Source: Nitrospirota bacterium (GTDB lineage: Bacteria; Nitrospirota; UBA9217). From it: DNA of 35,240 nt. Location of the stretch: assembly GCA_963741205.1 (NCBI GenBank), contig CAVUHW010000038.1:1-35240 (forward strand), read 5' to 3'. Under the pieces are notes generated by a model. The model made no database searches and was not told the origin of the DNA. It saw only the letters and a list, made by a program, of their open reading frames with translations. Shown here in pieces: positions 21,814 through 33,305 of the stretch (the first letter of the stretch is position 1; each line of letters begins with the position of its first letter). The position numbers and the translations under genes are program-made.

Positions 21814-24482
21814 ATGATCAAGGGCCTATTCTCGAAATTCATTCAGTAAATCCCCCGCTGAACGCCTCAATCCTAAGAATTCGCAGTCAGGGACCGAGAA
21901 TGAACGCCGCCTGATCGAGCTTTGCTCGATGCCTATCCAAGAAGCGCTCGCATCACTTTTTTCCGATCCTCGTGGCCTGACATCCGAAGCCGCTGAACGA
22001 AGGCTCCATAAGTTCGGACCGAATGAACTGTCACACACCAAAGAGCTGAGCTTCCTGGCCGACATCTTCGAGCGCTGTAAAAGCCCGCTGGTCATCCAGC
22101 TGTTCCTGATCGCCGCAATCTCAGCATTCATCGGAGAAATCAAGTCTACCGTCATCGTCGGCATGATGGTTCTTCTCAGTGTGGGGCTTTCCTACGTCCT
22201 GGACCGCCGTTCGAACAACGCGGTTGAGGCGCTCGGCAGGCGCGTACAGTCGCGGACCCTGGTCCTGCGCGACGGCAAGGAACAAGAGATCAACTTGTCG
22301 GACATCGTGCCGGGGGACATCGTCCTGCTGAACGCAGGCTCGATCATTCCGGCCGATCTGCGGCTGCTTGCCGCAAAGGACTTCTTCGTCAGCCAGTCGG
22401 CGCTTACCGGAGAGTCCATGGCAGTCGAAAAAACGGCCGATGTGCGGGAAACGCGCGGCCAGAGCGCCTGGGAATTGTCGAATGCCTGTTTTCTCGGAAG
22501 CAGCGTGACCAGCGGCACGGCCCGCGGCGTCGTGATCCATACCGGCACGCGCACGCTCTACGGGTCCATCGCGGAGCGCTTGGCCGAACGCCGCGAGGAA
22601 ACCAGTTTCGACAAGGGAGTGCGCTCCTTCACCTGGCTTATGATCCGGTTCATGGTGGTCATGGTCTGTGCCGTCTTCTTCATCGTGGGCATGACAAAGG
22701 GCGACTGGGTGGAAGCGCTCCTGTTCGGCCTTTCCATCGCCGTGGGTCTCACGCCGGAAATGCTGCCCATGATCGTGACCGTGAACCTCGCGAAGGGAGC
22801 CCTGACCATGGCCAGGAAAAAGGTCGTGGTCAAGCGGCTCCCATCCATCCAAAACCTCGGCGCGATAGACGTGCTGTGCACGGACAAAACGGGGACCCTG
22901 ACGCAGGACCGTGTGATGCTGGAGCAGCATGTGGACATCACCGGCAACCCGAGCGAAGACGTTCTCAATTACACCTATCTGAACAGCTATTACCAGACCG
23001 GCCTCCGGAACCTGATCGACCGGGCCGTTCTCGAACATGCCGATTTGGACGTGGAACAGAATTGCAGGTTGGTGGACGAACTGCCTTTCGATTTCGAACG
23101 CCGCCGTATGTCCGTTGTCGTTGACTATGAAGGCGATCATGTGCTGATCTGCAAGGGGGCGGTGGAGGAGATATACTCCCGATGCAGCCGCTATCAAGTC
23201 GGCGACGAAGTATACCCCCTGATCGACATGATCCGGGAGAACCTCTTCGAGGAGGTCGAACGGCTGAATAAAGACGGCTATCGCGTTCTCGGCATTGCCT
23301 ATCGTGAGTTTCCCCGCGAAAGGACCACGTACGCCGTGGCGGATGAGTCTGAGCTGATACTGCTGGGCTATACGGCATTCTTCGACCCGCCGAAGGATTC
23401 GGCTGCGGAGGCCGTCGAACTCCTGCGGAAGGCCGGCGTCCGGATCAAGGTCCTGACCGGCGACAACGGCCTGGTCACGAGCAAAGTCTGCCGGGATGTG
23501 GGCATCGAGCCGGAGCGGATTGTGAGCGGCGCGGACATCTCGGGTATGACCGCGGGATGAATTTTCCCGGGTCGTTCAGGAGGCGGATGTCTTCGTCAAG
23601 ATCTCGCCGTCCCAAAAAGAGCAGATAGTCCAGGAGCTCAGAAAACAATGTTATGTGGTGGGATTCATGGGCGACGGGATCAACGACGCGCCGGCGCTCA
23701 AGGCGGCCGATGTCGGCATTTCTGTTGACTCCGCCGTGGATGTTGCCAAGGAAGCGGCCGACATCGTGCTGCTGGAAAAAAGCCTTCTGGTCCTTGAAGA
23801 GGGGATCATGGAAGGACGGAAGGTCTTCGCGAACATCATCAAGTATATCCGCATGGGCGCAAGCTCGAACTTCGGGAATATGTTCAGCGTTGTCGGCGCG
23901 AGCTACCTGCTGCCGTTCCTGCCGATGCAGCCGATTCAGGTCTTGACGAACAATCTGCTGTATGACATTTCCCAGACGGGCATTCCCACCGACAACGTGG
24001 ATGAGGAGCAGACCGCCAAACCGCAAAAGTGGGACATCTCGAACATCAAGCGTTTTATGGTTTTTATCGGCCCTATGAGCTCCATTTTTGACTATGCGAC
24101 CTTTGCGCTCATGTGGTTCTTCTTTAAATGCAGCGTCTACGCCGATGCGGCCACGGGACCGGTCCAGAAGGAAACGCTGGCTCGCCTGTTCCAGACCGGG
24201 TGGTTCGTGGAGTCGCTTCTGACCCAGACCTTGATCGTTCACATCATCAGGACCCGGCGGATGCCCTTTTTCGGCAGCCGCGCTTCAACTCACTTGACGT
24301 TGACTACTCTCGTCGTCATGGCTATCGGCGCATGGTTGCCTTTTTCGCCGTTCGCGGGGGCTCTCGGCATGGTTCCCTTGCCGCCTGTTTATTGGGTCTG
24401 GATAGCGTTCTTTCTCGTTCTGTATGCCGTTATGACGCATGGCATGAAGACCTGGTTTTTCAAACGATACGGAGGTGATTGA
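21814..24482 (+). CDS. mgtA: Magnesium-translocating P-type ATPase (MgtA/MgtB); frameshifts near 21843 and 23555, start approximate
   Basis: SQSALTGES, AVGLTPEMLPMIVTVNLAKGA, DKTGTLT, ELPFDFERRRMS, CKGA, FFDPPK, LTGDN, MGDGINDAPAL, KYIRMGASSNFGN, NNLLYD, FQTGWFVESL (P3B signature). Confidence 0.96.
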
Positions 24483-24484
24483 TC

Positions 24485-25288
24485 ATGGACAGCCTTCTCG
24501 ATGCCCTGCAGGAAGGGAGACTCATCGAACTCCCCGAAAACAACAAGGAGCACGCGCTTCAGTTCCTGGCGCACATTCTTGAAGCGATCCCCACGATCCC
24601 GGCCGGCACCGACATCGTCGGTTTGGTTATGGCAAGGGAGCGCGCAACCGGTACGGCAATAGGAAGAGGATGGGCCTGTCCTCATGCGCGTACGTCCTAC
24701 GATGACGACCTTCTCTGCGTCGTGGGGTGGAGCCCGACAGGCATCGATTACGGCTCGCCGGACGGCGTTCCGGTTTCGATCGTCGCGATGTATCTCGTGC
24801 CGGACAACCAGCGGAACCATTATCTGAAGGAAGTCTCCATGCTGGCCAAGGCGCTTAAATCCTATGACGGGCTCGATAAGCTGCGGTCAGCCAAGGAACT
24901 GAATGAGATCCGCGAGCATCTGCTCGATATGATCAGTACAACAAAGGAAACGGTCGGCCCCGACGCGCGCGCCCGGATGATTCAACTCCAGGCCAGGCCG
25001 ATCATTGCCCCAATCACCGCTCCCGACCTGGCAAACCTTGTCGTAGAGCCGATGACCATTGTCACGGGCCCGGGCATCAGGCCTATTGTACTCGCACAAA
25101 ACCGCAATCTCATCGAAACCCTTGAATCCGCAGCCGGGCTGGTCGAAGGGATGGCTTCCACCGGTATGTTCCAAAACGGCGGTTGGCGCATCATGAAACG
25201 CGGCACCGTGACCTATCAGGGGGACCGCGTGGCATATGAATGCCTGGCTATAACAACAGCAAAAAGCAATGTAGCCCTGGGTAAATGA
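24485..25288 (+). CDS. PTS EIIA (Fru/Ntr-type) domain protein with a C-terminal extension
   Basis: VMARERATGTAIGRGWACPHAR (phospho-His motif), GIDYGSPDGVPV, HYLKEVSMLAK, plus about 110 extra C-terminal residues. GGAGG RBS lies at the end of mgtA. Confidence 0.85.
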   Translation: MDSLLDALQEGRLIELPENNKEHALQFLAHILEAIPTIPAGTDIVGLVMARERATGTAIGRGWACPHARTSYDDDLLCVVGWSPTGIDYGSPDGVPVSIVAMYLVPDNQRNHYLKEVSMLAKALKSYDGLDKLRSAKELNEIREHLLDMISTTKETVGPDARARMIQLQARPIIAPITAPDLANLVVEPMTIVTGPGIRPIVLAQNRNLIETLESAAGLVEGMASTGMFQNGGWRIMKRGTVTYQGDRVAYECLAITTAKSNVALGK

Positions 25289-25455
25289 CGGTTCGCGTAA
25301 GGTGAAGGGCTCTGTAGTATGCCTGTTCCAGAGCCGACCGCTGGATACGATCTCCATGATGTGAGCCGACGAAACCCTCCATACATGCTATACATGCTAT
25401 ACTTTCTCCCAGGGGTACAGGAATACATCTTAATATTGTCGTCTCGGAGATTGAA

Positions 25456-26622
25456 ATGACAAAGATCATGGGGTTTGTATGCTCGGCAGTGGTTGCGGGA
25501 ACGGCGGCGTTTGCATTACCGGTCTTCGCCGAAGATGCGAAGCCGGCCGGTCTCAAGCCTGATGAGGTGAAGAAGGCGCTCGGCATCAGCTTTTATCTCC
25601 AGGGCGGCTACACCTATAACGGGAGCGCCAGCAACATCAACGCGTCCCAAAACGCGGAAAACGACCTTCGGGTGTTCGACCACAAGGCGAACAGCTTCAC
25701 CCTGGACCTGGCTCAGGTCGTGATCTTCAAGGACACGACGGCGATAAACAGTACGGGTTTCAAGATCAAGCTTTCAACGGGCGAAACGGCGAAGTGGATC
25801 CATGCGCGGGGTTTGAGCGGCGCTCCCCTGGATACGGCGCAGACGGGACAGGCAACCGACACAATCGATGTCACCGAGGCCTACGTAAGTTACATAGCGC
25901 CCATTGGCAAGGGGCTGCGGTTCGACGCCGGCAAGATGGTGACCTTCTTCGGTTCGGAGGTGATCGAGGCAAAGGACAACCCGAACTATTCACGGTCCTT
26001 CCTCTTCAATTTTGCCACTCCCATCACGCATACGGGCTTAAAGACGAGCTACGCCATTACCGATGCCTTGAGCGCAAGCATCCACATCGTAAACGGGTGG
26101 GACAACGCGGACGACAATAACGCCGGCAAGAGCCTTGGCCTGAGCATCGGCTACGCCCCCACGGACGCGATTGCGGGGTATTTCAACTTCATGACGGGTC
26201 CCGAGCAGGACAACCACAGCGGCAACACGAGAACGCTGGTCGACATCGTCGCAACGATCAAGCCGGCAAAGAAGCTCTCGCTGATCCTGAACTATGACGA
26301 CGGGAAGGAAGAAAAAGCCGTTCCTTCGGGCGCGGCGGACTGGTCCGGCATGGCCGCCATTGCGAAGTACGATTTCAACGCAGCCTACAGCCTCTCGGTC
26401 AGGGCCGAATTCTTCGACGACAAGGACGGCGCAAGGACCGGCACTGCGCAGACGCTGACCGAGGTCACGGTGACGCCGGAGATCCGGCTGGCCAACGGCC
26501 TTATCGTGCGGCCTGAATACCGGCATGATTCGTCCAACAAGGAATCTTTTGATATGAAGAACGGCGCGTTCACGAAGAGATCACAGGATACGCTCGCGCT
26601 CGGCGTGATGTACACCTGGTAG
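25456..26622 (+). CDS. Outer-membrane beta-barrel porin (BBP2/DUF1597-like)
   Basis: Signal peptide, LRVFD..NSFTLDLAQ, EAYVSY, GKMVTFFGSEVIEAKDNPNYSRSFLF..PITHTG, NGWD, RPEYRHD, and a C-terminal aromatic residue (YTW). Confidence 0.85.
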   Translation: MTKIMGFVCSAVVAGTAAFALPVFAEDAKPAGLKPDEVKKALGISFYLQGGYTYNGSASNINASQNAENDLRVFDHKANSFTLDLAQVVIFKDTTAINSTGFKIKLSTGETAKWIHARGLSGAPLDTAQTGQATDTIDVTEAYVSYIAPIGKGLRFDAGKMVTFFGSEVIEAKDNPNYSRSFLFNFATPITHTGLKTSYAITDALSASIHIVNGWDNADDNNAGKSLGLSIGYAPTDAIAGYFNFMTGPEQDNHSGNTRTLVDIVATIKPAKKLSLILNYDDGKEEKAVPSGAADWSGMAAIAKYDFNAAYSLSVRAEFFDDKDGARTGTAQTLTEVTVTPEIRLANGLIVRPEYRHDSSNKESFDMKNGAFTKRSQDTLALGVMYTW

Positions 26623-26781
26623 GAATATCTTCTGCCCCTCAGCTTACGGCGGTGTTAACGATTTGGCACTGTGTAACAGCGCCGGCCCAAAAGCACTAAA
26701 TACTCGTTTACACGGCTTGCTAAAAATGCGAAAATAGCGCCTCAGTCATGCATGGTAAGGCGATATTCTCGCGGAGTTTTC

Positions 26782-29503
26782 ATGGAAGAACAACGAAGGC
26801 CTGATCCCGATCAACTGCTGCAGCGGGTCCGTGAGGAGGAAGAACGGAAACGCGAGGGGCAGCTCAAGATATTCTTCGGCGCGGCTCCCGGGGTCGGAAA
26901 GACCTATGCCATGCTCGAGGCCGCGCGGCAGAAGCGGGCTGAGGGCGTGGATGTCGTTGCCGGCATCGTCGAGACCCACGGCCGCAGGGAAACCGAAGCG
27001 CTCCTCGAAGGACTGGAAGTCCTGCCCCGCAGGAACATCGAATATCGCGGCGCCCTCTTAAAGGAATTCGACCTCGACGCGGCCCTGTCCCGCAAGCCTC
27101 CTCTCATCCTCGTCGACGAACTCGCCCACACGAACGCCCCCGGCTCCCGTCATAAAAAGCGCTGGCAGGACGTATACGAACTTCTCGGCGCCGGCATTTC
27201 CGTCTATACCACGATGAACGTTCAGCACCTCGAAAGCCTGAATGACGTGGTCTCCCAGATCACCGGAATCAACGTCCGCGAAACCGTCCCTGATTTTCTG
27301 CTTGACCGCGCCGATGAGATAGAGCTCATCGACCTGCCGCCTGACGACCTGCTCCAGCGCCTGAGAGAAGGAAAGGTGTATATGCCGGAGCAGGCAGCGG
27401 CGGCCATCGAGAACTTTTTCCGCAAGGGAAATCTGATCGCCTTGCGCGAGCTTGCCCTCAGGCGCACCGCCGACCGCGTCGACGAGCAGATGCAGGTCTA
27501 CCGGAAGGACAAGGGGATCAAGCAGCATCTGGCCCGCCGGGGAGCGTATCCTGGTCTGCATCGGGGCAAACCCCCGCTCGATCCGCCTGATCCATGCGGC
27601 AAGGAGGCTGGCTGCCGGGCTTCGCGTTGAATGGATCGCCGTTCACGTTGAGGCCCCTTCCCAGGTGCGGCCCTCGGAAAGCGATTTAAAGCAGCTGGCC
27701 GATCACATGCGGCTCGCGGAGAGCCTGGGCGCCGAGACCGTGACGCTCTCCGGTCAACGAATGAGCGAGGAGATCCTCACCTACGCGCGCAGCCGCAACG
27801 TGAGCAAGATCATCATCGGGAAACCGACCCATGCCCGATGGAAGGACAAGCTGTTCGGTTCGCCGCTGGATGAATCGTGCGGGGGAGCGGCGATATCGAC
27901 GTCTACGTCATAAGCGGCGACGTTGCGGAACCTCATCGGCATCCGGAACCGGGGACCCGCCGCCGCACCTCGCGCAAACGAGAGTGGCTGTTCAGCGTTC
28001 TCATGGTGGCCGCCTGCACTCGGCCGTGGCCGGGCTCATGTTCCCGTATTTCGACGCTCGTGACCTGGCCATGGTGTACCTGCTCGGGGTGGTCATCACC
28101 GCGAGCAGGACCAGCACGTGGCCGTCTCTGTTCGCGACGATCCTGAGCGTCGCGGCGTTCGATTTTTTCTTTGTTCCTCCCTACTATACCTTCGCCGTCA
28201 GCGACGTCAGGTATTTCGTCACCTTTATCGTCATGTTCATCGTTTCCTTCGTCATCAGCAGGCTGACGCTCCGGGTCCGTCAGCAGGCGGAAGCAGCACG
28301 ACTGCGGGAGCGCAGGACCGCCGCCCTGTATAATCTCAGCCGCGACCTGGTGCGCGAGCGGGGCACGGAGCGGCTTGAGCGAGATCGCCGTGAAGCATAT
28401 CAGCGAGGTCTTCGACAGCCAGGTTGCCGATCCTCATCCCGGACGAGCAGGGCCGTCTTGCGGCTTCTCCGAACGGCCCGGCATCTTTTACCCCCGATCA
28501 ACAGGAATTAAGCGTGGCGCAGTGGGTGTACGAGCACCGCCAGGCCGCCGGCGCTGGGCACGGATACGCTGCCCGGCGCGAAAGCCCTGTACCTGCCGCT
28601 GGTCGCCTCAGGGGGGACCGTGGGAGTAGTCGGGATCCAGCCGCGGGCTTCAGGCGGTCTTCGATCCGGAGCAGTTTCACTATCTCGAGGCCTTTGCGAA
28701 CCAGACCGCGATCGCCCTGGAACGCTCTTTTCTCGCCGAGGCCGCGCAACGCGCATTGCTGAAGGCGGAAACGGAAAGCCTGCGCAATACCCTGCTCAGC
28801 TCCATCTCGCACGATCTGCGCACGCCGCTCTCGGCGATCACCGGCGCCGCAACGACGCTGCTTCAGCGTGATGTCACGATTGATCAGCAAAGCCGCCTGG
28901 AGCTTCTGCAAACCATCCAGGAGGAGGCCGAACATCTCAACCGGATCATCAAGAACGTCCTCGATATGACGCGGCTCGAATCGGGAGCGATAACGGTCAA
29001 CAAGGAGTGGCAGCCCCTTGAGGAAATCGTGGGCGCAGTGCTCAATCGCCTGGGCGACCGCCTCAATGATCATCCCCTGACCGTGAAACTCCCGGGGAAT
29101 CTGCCGCTCATCCCCTTTGACGGCCTGCTGATCGAGCAGGTTTTCATGAACCTCTTCGACAATGCCATCAAATATACGCCGAAGGGAACGCCCCTCGAGT
29201 TGTCGGCATCCGAGTCTTTTTATACCGTGACCGTCGAACTGGCAGACCGCGGTCCCGGCATTCCTCCCGGCGAGGAGGAGCGAATTTTCGAAAAATTCGT
29301 GCGCGGCCGCGGCTGCGGGCGGCGGGGTCGGCCTGGGACTCGCCATTTGCCGCACCATCATAAACGCCCACGGGGGTAAAATATGGGCGGAGAACCGGGA
29401 GGGCGGCGGCGCGGTGTTCCGCTTTACGCTTCCGGCCGCGGGCCTGCCGCCGGCGGCGAGGGAAGAAGAAGAACGAGAATACGTGAATCGCGATTTTGCG
29501 TAA
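26782..29503 (+). CDS. kdpD: Osmosensitive K+ sensor histidine kinase KdpD (several frameshifts)
   Basis: RPDPDQLL, LKIFFGAAPGVGKTYAML, LVDELAHTN, Usp domain, four TMs (FDFFFVPPYYTF), GAF, SISHDLRTPL, NLFDNAIKY, DRGPGI, GLGLAIC. Confidence 0.96.
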
Positions 29504-29621
29504 TATGTTCGTCATCCGAATGCTTCTATCGGGAATCCAGGTATTCAACGCGATATAAAAGTAAGACACTGCATTCCGGCTAAAACCTTGCCGGATGACA
29601 GTTTAGAGTGTCCTTGCAACC

Positions 29622-30332
29622 ATGCCTGAAGAAAAAGAACTCATACTCCTGATCGAAGACGAGCCGCAGATGCGCCGTTTTTTGCGGATCACGCTTCAGA
29701 CCCAGGGCTACCGCCTGGTGGAGGCGGCCACTGCGCAGGAGGGCCTGATGCAGGCGACCACGCGGAATCCCGACGTGGTGCTCCTCGATCTCGGCCTGCC
29801 CGATCTCGACGGTCTGGAAGTGACCAAGACGGCTTCGCGAATGGACCCAGACGCCCATCATCGTCATCTCGGCGCGGGAGCAGGAACAGGACAAGGTCAA
29901 GGGCGCTCGATGCGGGCGCCGATGACTATCTTACGAAGCCCTTCAATGCCGGCGAACTCCTGGCAAGAATCCGCGTCGCGCTCAGGCATGCGGTCAGACG
30001 GAATCCGGCCAAGCAGGAGCCGGTCTTCACCCTGCGCAATCTGCGCGTGGACCTGGCGCAGCGGCAGGTGCTCCTCGACGACAAGGAAGTCCACCTCACG
30101 CCCATTGAATACAAACTGCTGATGGTGCTGATTCGCCATGCAGGCAAGGTCATTACCCACCGCCAGCTTTTACAGGAAGTATGGGGCCCCGCGCACATGA
30201 ACGAGGTCGGGTATCTGCGCGTTTATATGACGCAGCTGCAGACATAAACTTGAAGCCGATCCCGCGCGTCCGCGCTTTCTCATGAATGAGCCGGGGATCG
30301 GGTACCGGCTGAAATACGATCCTGAAGAGTGA
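29622..30332 (+). CDS. kdpE: Response regulator KdpE (OmpR family; frameshifted)
   Basis: LIEDEPQMRRFL, LLDLGLPDLDG, GADDYLTKPF, HLTPIEYKLL..GKVITHRQLLQEVWG..YLRVYM..EPGIGYR. Confidence 0.95.
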
Positions 30333-30492
30333 GGCCGCAGGCGGCATCCGGCGTGACGCTGCATCATGACGCAGGCATATGCTTAAAAAAGCGACAGGAT
30401 AATTCGGTCTCAAGGCCTCATATCTCCGGAATTGATGAATCACTTTTAAATAAAATCAACGTGATATGTTCGGGACATTCTTGTTCTTGCAA

Positions 30493-30508
30493 TGGCACAA
30501 GCCTTGCT
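30493..30508 (+). promoter_or_regulatory. Sigma54 -24/-12 promoter of the KimA-like transporter
   Basis: TGGCACaagccTTGCT is an exact consensus match. Confidence 0.8.
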
Positions 30509-30595
30509 TTATAATGCAGGTCGCTTCGCCATGCCGCATCGGCACATTACGCTGTCGCCTCGAGGCTCATGCAGGGACGGAGAACCGGTAAAATC

Positions 30596-32601
30596 ATGGA
30601 TCAACCACAAAAGCCCTCTTTTGCCCGGCGATTAAAGACCCTCATCCTCGGCGGAAAGCACGACATCGACGACACGTCGCTTTTCCACAAGCTCTCCCTC
30701 ATAGCGTTCTTTGCCTGGGTCGGGCTGGGCGCCGACGGCCTCTCGTCCTCCTGCTATGGCCCGGAAGAAGCCTTTCTCGCGTGCACGGCCATGTCTATCT
30801 GAGCGTCTTCGTCGCGATCATGTCCGGTATCACGGTCTTCATCATCGCCGCAAGCTACTCGCAGATCATCGAGCTCTTTCCCGACCGGCGGCGGCGGCTA
30901 TCTCGTCGCGAGCAAACTGCTCTCCCCGACGGCCGGGATGGTCTCGGGCTCGGCGCTCCTGATCGACTACGTGCTCACGATCACGATTTCCGTGGCGAGC
31001 GGCGCCGACGCCTTGTTCAGTTTTCTGCCGCCGGCCTGGCTGCCCTACAAGCTCATGTTCTCGCTTTTCGGTGTCCTTGTCCTTACCATCATGAACATGC
31101 GCGGGGTCAAGGAATCGGTCCTCCCCCTGGTGCCGATATTTCTCACGTTCGTCGTCACCCATGCGTTCATCATCGGCTATGCCGTGATCATGAATCTGGG
31201 AAACTTCGGTGATGTTGTCGCTGCCACCAGGGCGGATGTGGTCCAAACACAGGCCGAGCTCGGATTCGGCGGTATGCTCCTGCTCATCCTGCGCGCCTAC
31301 AGCATGGGCGCGGGCACCTACACGGGGATCGAGGCGGTCAGCAACGGCCTGCCCATTCTCCGGGAGCCGAAGGTAAAGACCGGCAAGCGCACGATGCGTT
31401 ACATGGCGGTCTCTCTTGCGCTGTACGTCATGGGCCTGATGATCGCCTACCTCCTGTACCGCGTCATGCCGCGCAACCCGGAAAAACATTGAATGCCGTG
31501 CTGTTCGAGACCATGACGCAGGACTGGGGCAAGGGCGGTGCCGTCTTCGTGCTCATTACGCTCCTGTCCGAGGCGGCGCTCCTGTTCATCGCGGCCCAGG
31601 CGGGTTTTCTCGACGGCCCGCGCGTTCTCTCGAACATGGCCCTGGACCGCTGGTTCCCCATCCAAGTTCGCCATGCTCTCCGACCGGCTCGTAACGCAAA
31701 AAGGCATCCTGATGATGGGCGGCGCGGCCCTCGTCACGATGGTCCTGACCAACGGCTCGGTGAAATACCTCGTCGTCCTGTACAGCATCAACGTGTTCAT
31801 CACCTTCTTCCTCTCCCAGCTCGGCATGGTGCAAGCCACTGGTGGCAGGAGCGGGGCAAGGAAGCCCATTGGGAGAAAAAACTTTTCATCAACGGCTTGG
31901 GCATGACGCTCACCCTGTTCATCCTTATAACGGTGACGGTGCTCAAGTTCGACGAAGGCGGCTGGATAACGCTGCTTCTCACCGGCACGCTGGTGGGCAT
32001 CGCATTCCTGACCCGGCGCCACTACCGGAACACGTACAAGCTCTTGCACCGCCTGGACGAACTCGTGACGGCGGCGGAGGCGTCATGCCCCATCAATCCG
32101 GAGACGACGAAGGCCGAGCAGGAGCTTAGAGTCAAGTACGACCCCCGGGACAAGACCGCGATCCTGCTCGTGAACGGCTTTAACGGCCTGGGACTCCACA
32201 CGCTTTTCAGCATCATCCGCCTCTTCGGCGGGACCTTCAAGAACTTCGTCTTCATCCAGGTCGGCGTCGTGGACGCCGGCAACTTCAAGGGCGCGGAAGA
32301 AGTATCTCACATGAAATCAGAAGTCAGGAAGGAGCTGGACCGCTATGTGAATTACATGCGCTGCCACGGCTATTATTCAGCGGCCTATTCCTCCTTCGGC
32401 ACCGACGTGGTGGATGAGATAGCCGGCCTGACGCCCCAGATCCTGGAACGCTTCCCGAACGCCATCCTCTTCGGCGGACAGCTCGTTTTCCCGAAGACCA
32501 ACGTCCTGTCCGGAATATTTCACAACTACACCATTTTCGCCGTCCAGCGAAGGTTCTACAACCAGGGAATCCCCGTCGTGATCCTCCCGATTCGCGTGTA
32601 A
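30596..32601 (+). CDS. APC-superfamily transporter, KimA-like putative K+ importer (frameshifted)
   Basis: GLGADGLSSSCYGPEE (KimA has SDALSSVAYG.E), GGGGYLVAS, LLIDYVLT, MRGVKES, TGIEAVSNG, LYSINVF, GGWITLL, and a cytoplasmic C-terminal domain ending IPVVILPIRV. Confidence 0.8.
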
Positions 32602-32655
32602 CACCCCCCTTTTTCCATTGACCGCGCTTTTCTCCTGGTATAGTATGAAATTCGT

Positions 32656-33216
32656 ATGGTCCGTATGAGACTGCGCGCCAAATTTCTGGTCCTCATCCTC
32701 GGAGGCCTCCTCCTATTCATCGGCGTCCTGTCTTTCCACCGCATCACCGGGGAACTTGCCGTATTCCTTATTGCCCTTATTGCGCTGATTCACCTGGAAC
32801 AATGCGACCTGGCGGCGATCTGGGAGGAAGTGATCGGCATGCACCAGGACGAACTGGATCGAAGGGGCTCCGGTTGGACAGCGACTGGCTCATCGCGGGT
32901 GACGGCCTATCTCGACGCGAACCAGATCCGCCAGGTGTTCCTGAACCTGCTCAGAAACGCCATTGACGCCACCGGCCGGGCGGCGAGATCACGCATCCGG
33001 ATGCTGCTCGAGGACAGCTTCATCGTTTTTCAGGATCGTCGATACCGGCATCGGGATCCCGCAGAGGCAACCTGGACAAGATCTTCGATCTCTTTTTCAC
33101 CACCAAGCCGAAAGGGCACGGGTCTGGGACTCGCCATCTGCAAGAAGATCGTCCAGGACCACGGGGGCGACATCACGGTCGCCAGCGAAGAAGGCAAGGG
33201 CACAGCCGTGACGTGA
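32656..33216 (+). pseudogene. Internally deleted sensor histidine kinase (two TM-like segments joined to a HATPase domain; no H-box), frameshifted
   Basis: MRLRAKFLVLILGG.. runs directly into [61 protein letters not shown]. No HAMP or HisKA segment is visible. Confidence 0.6.
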
Positions 33217-33305
33217 AACTCCCTACCGGGGGAGGACCGGGGTCAGTAAGAAACAGGCGCCGGCTTCCGACGAACACTCGGAAATGACGGGCTTTGTGAA
33301 ATCCT

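Noticed and set aside
25289-25400. M-box (ykoK) riboswitch-like start ttcgcgtaaggtgaagggctctgta after the mgtA-EIIA unit
   Set aside because: Only the first ~20 nt resemble the M-box. The conserved core (GCUGCUGCCCAAAAAUGUC..GACGCCAAUGGG) is absent and it lies downstream of mgtA.
18559-30332. Programmed frameshifting or pseudogenisation of kdp genes
   Set aside because: The same indel pattern affects essential housekeeping genes and no consistent slippery sites are present, so sequencing error is the simpler explanation.
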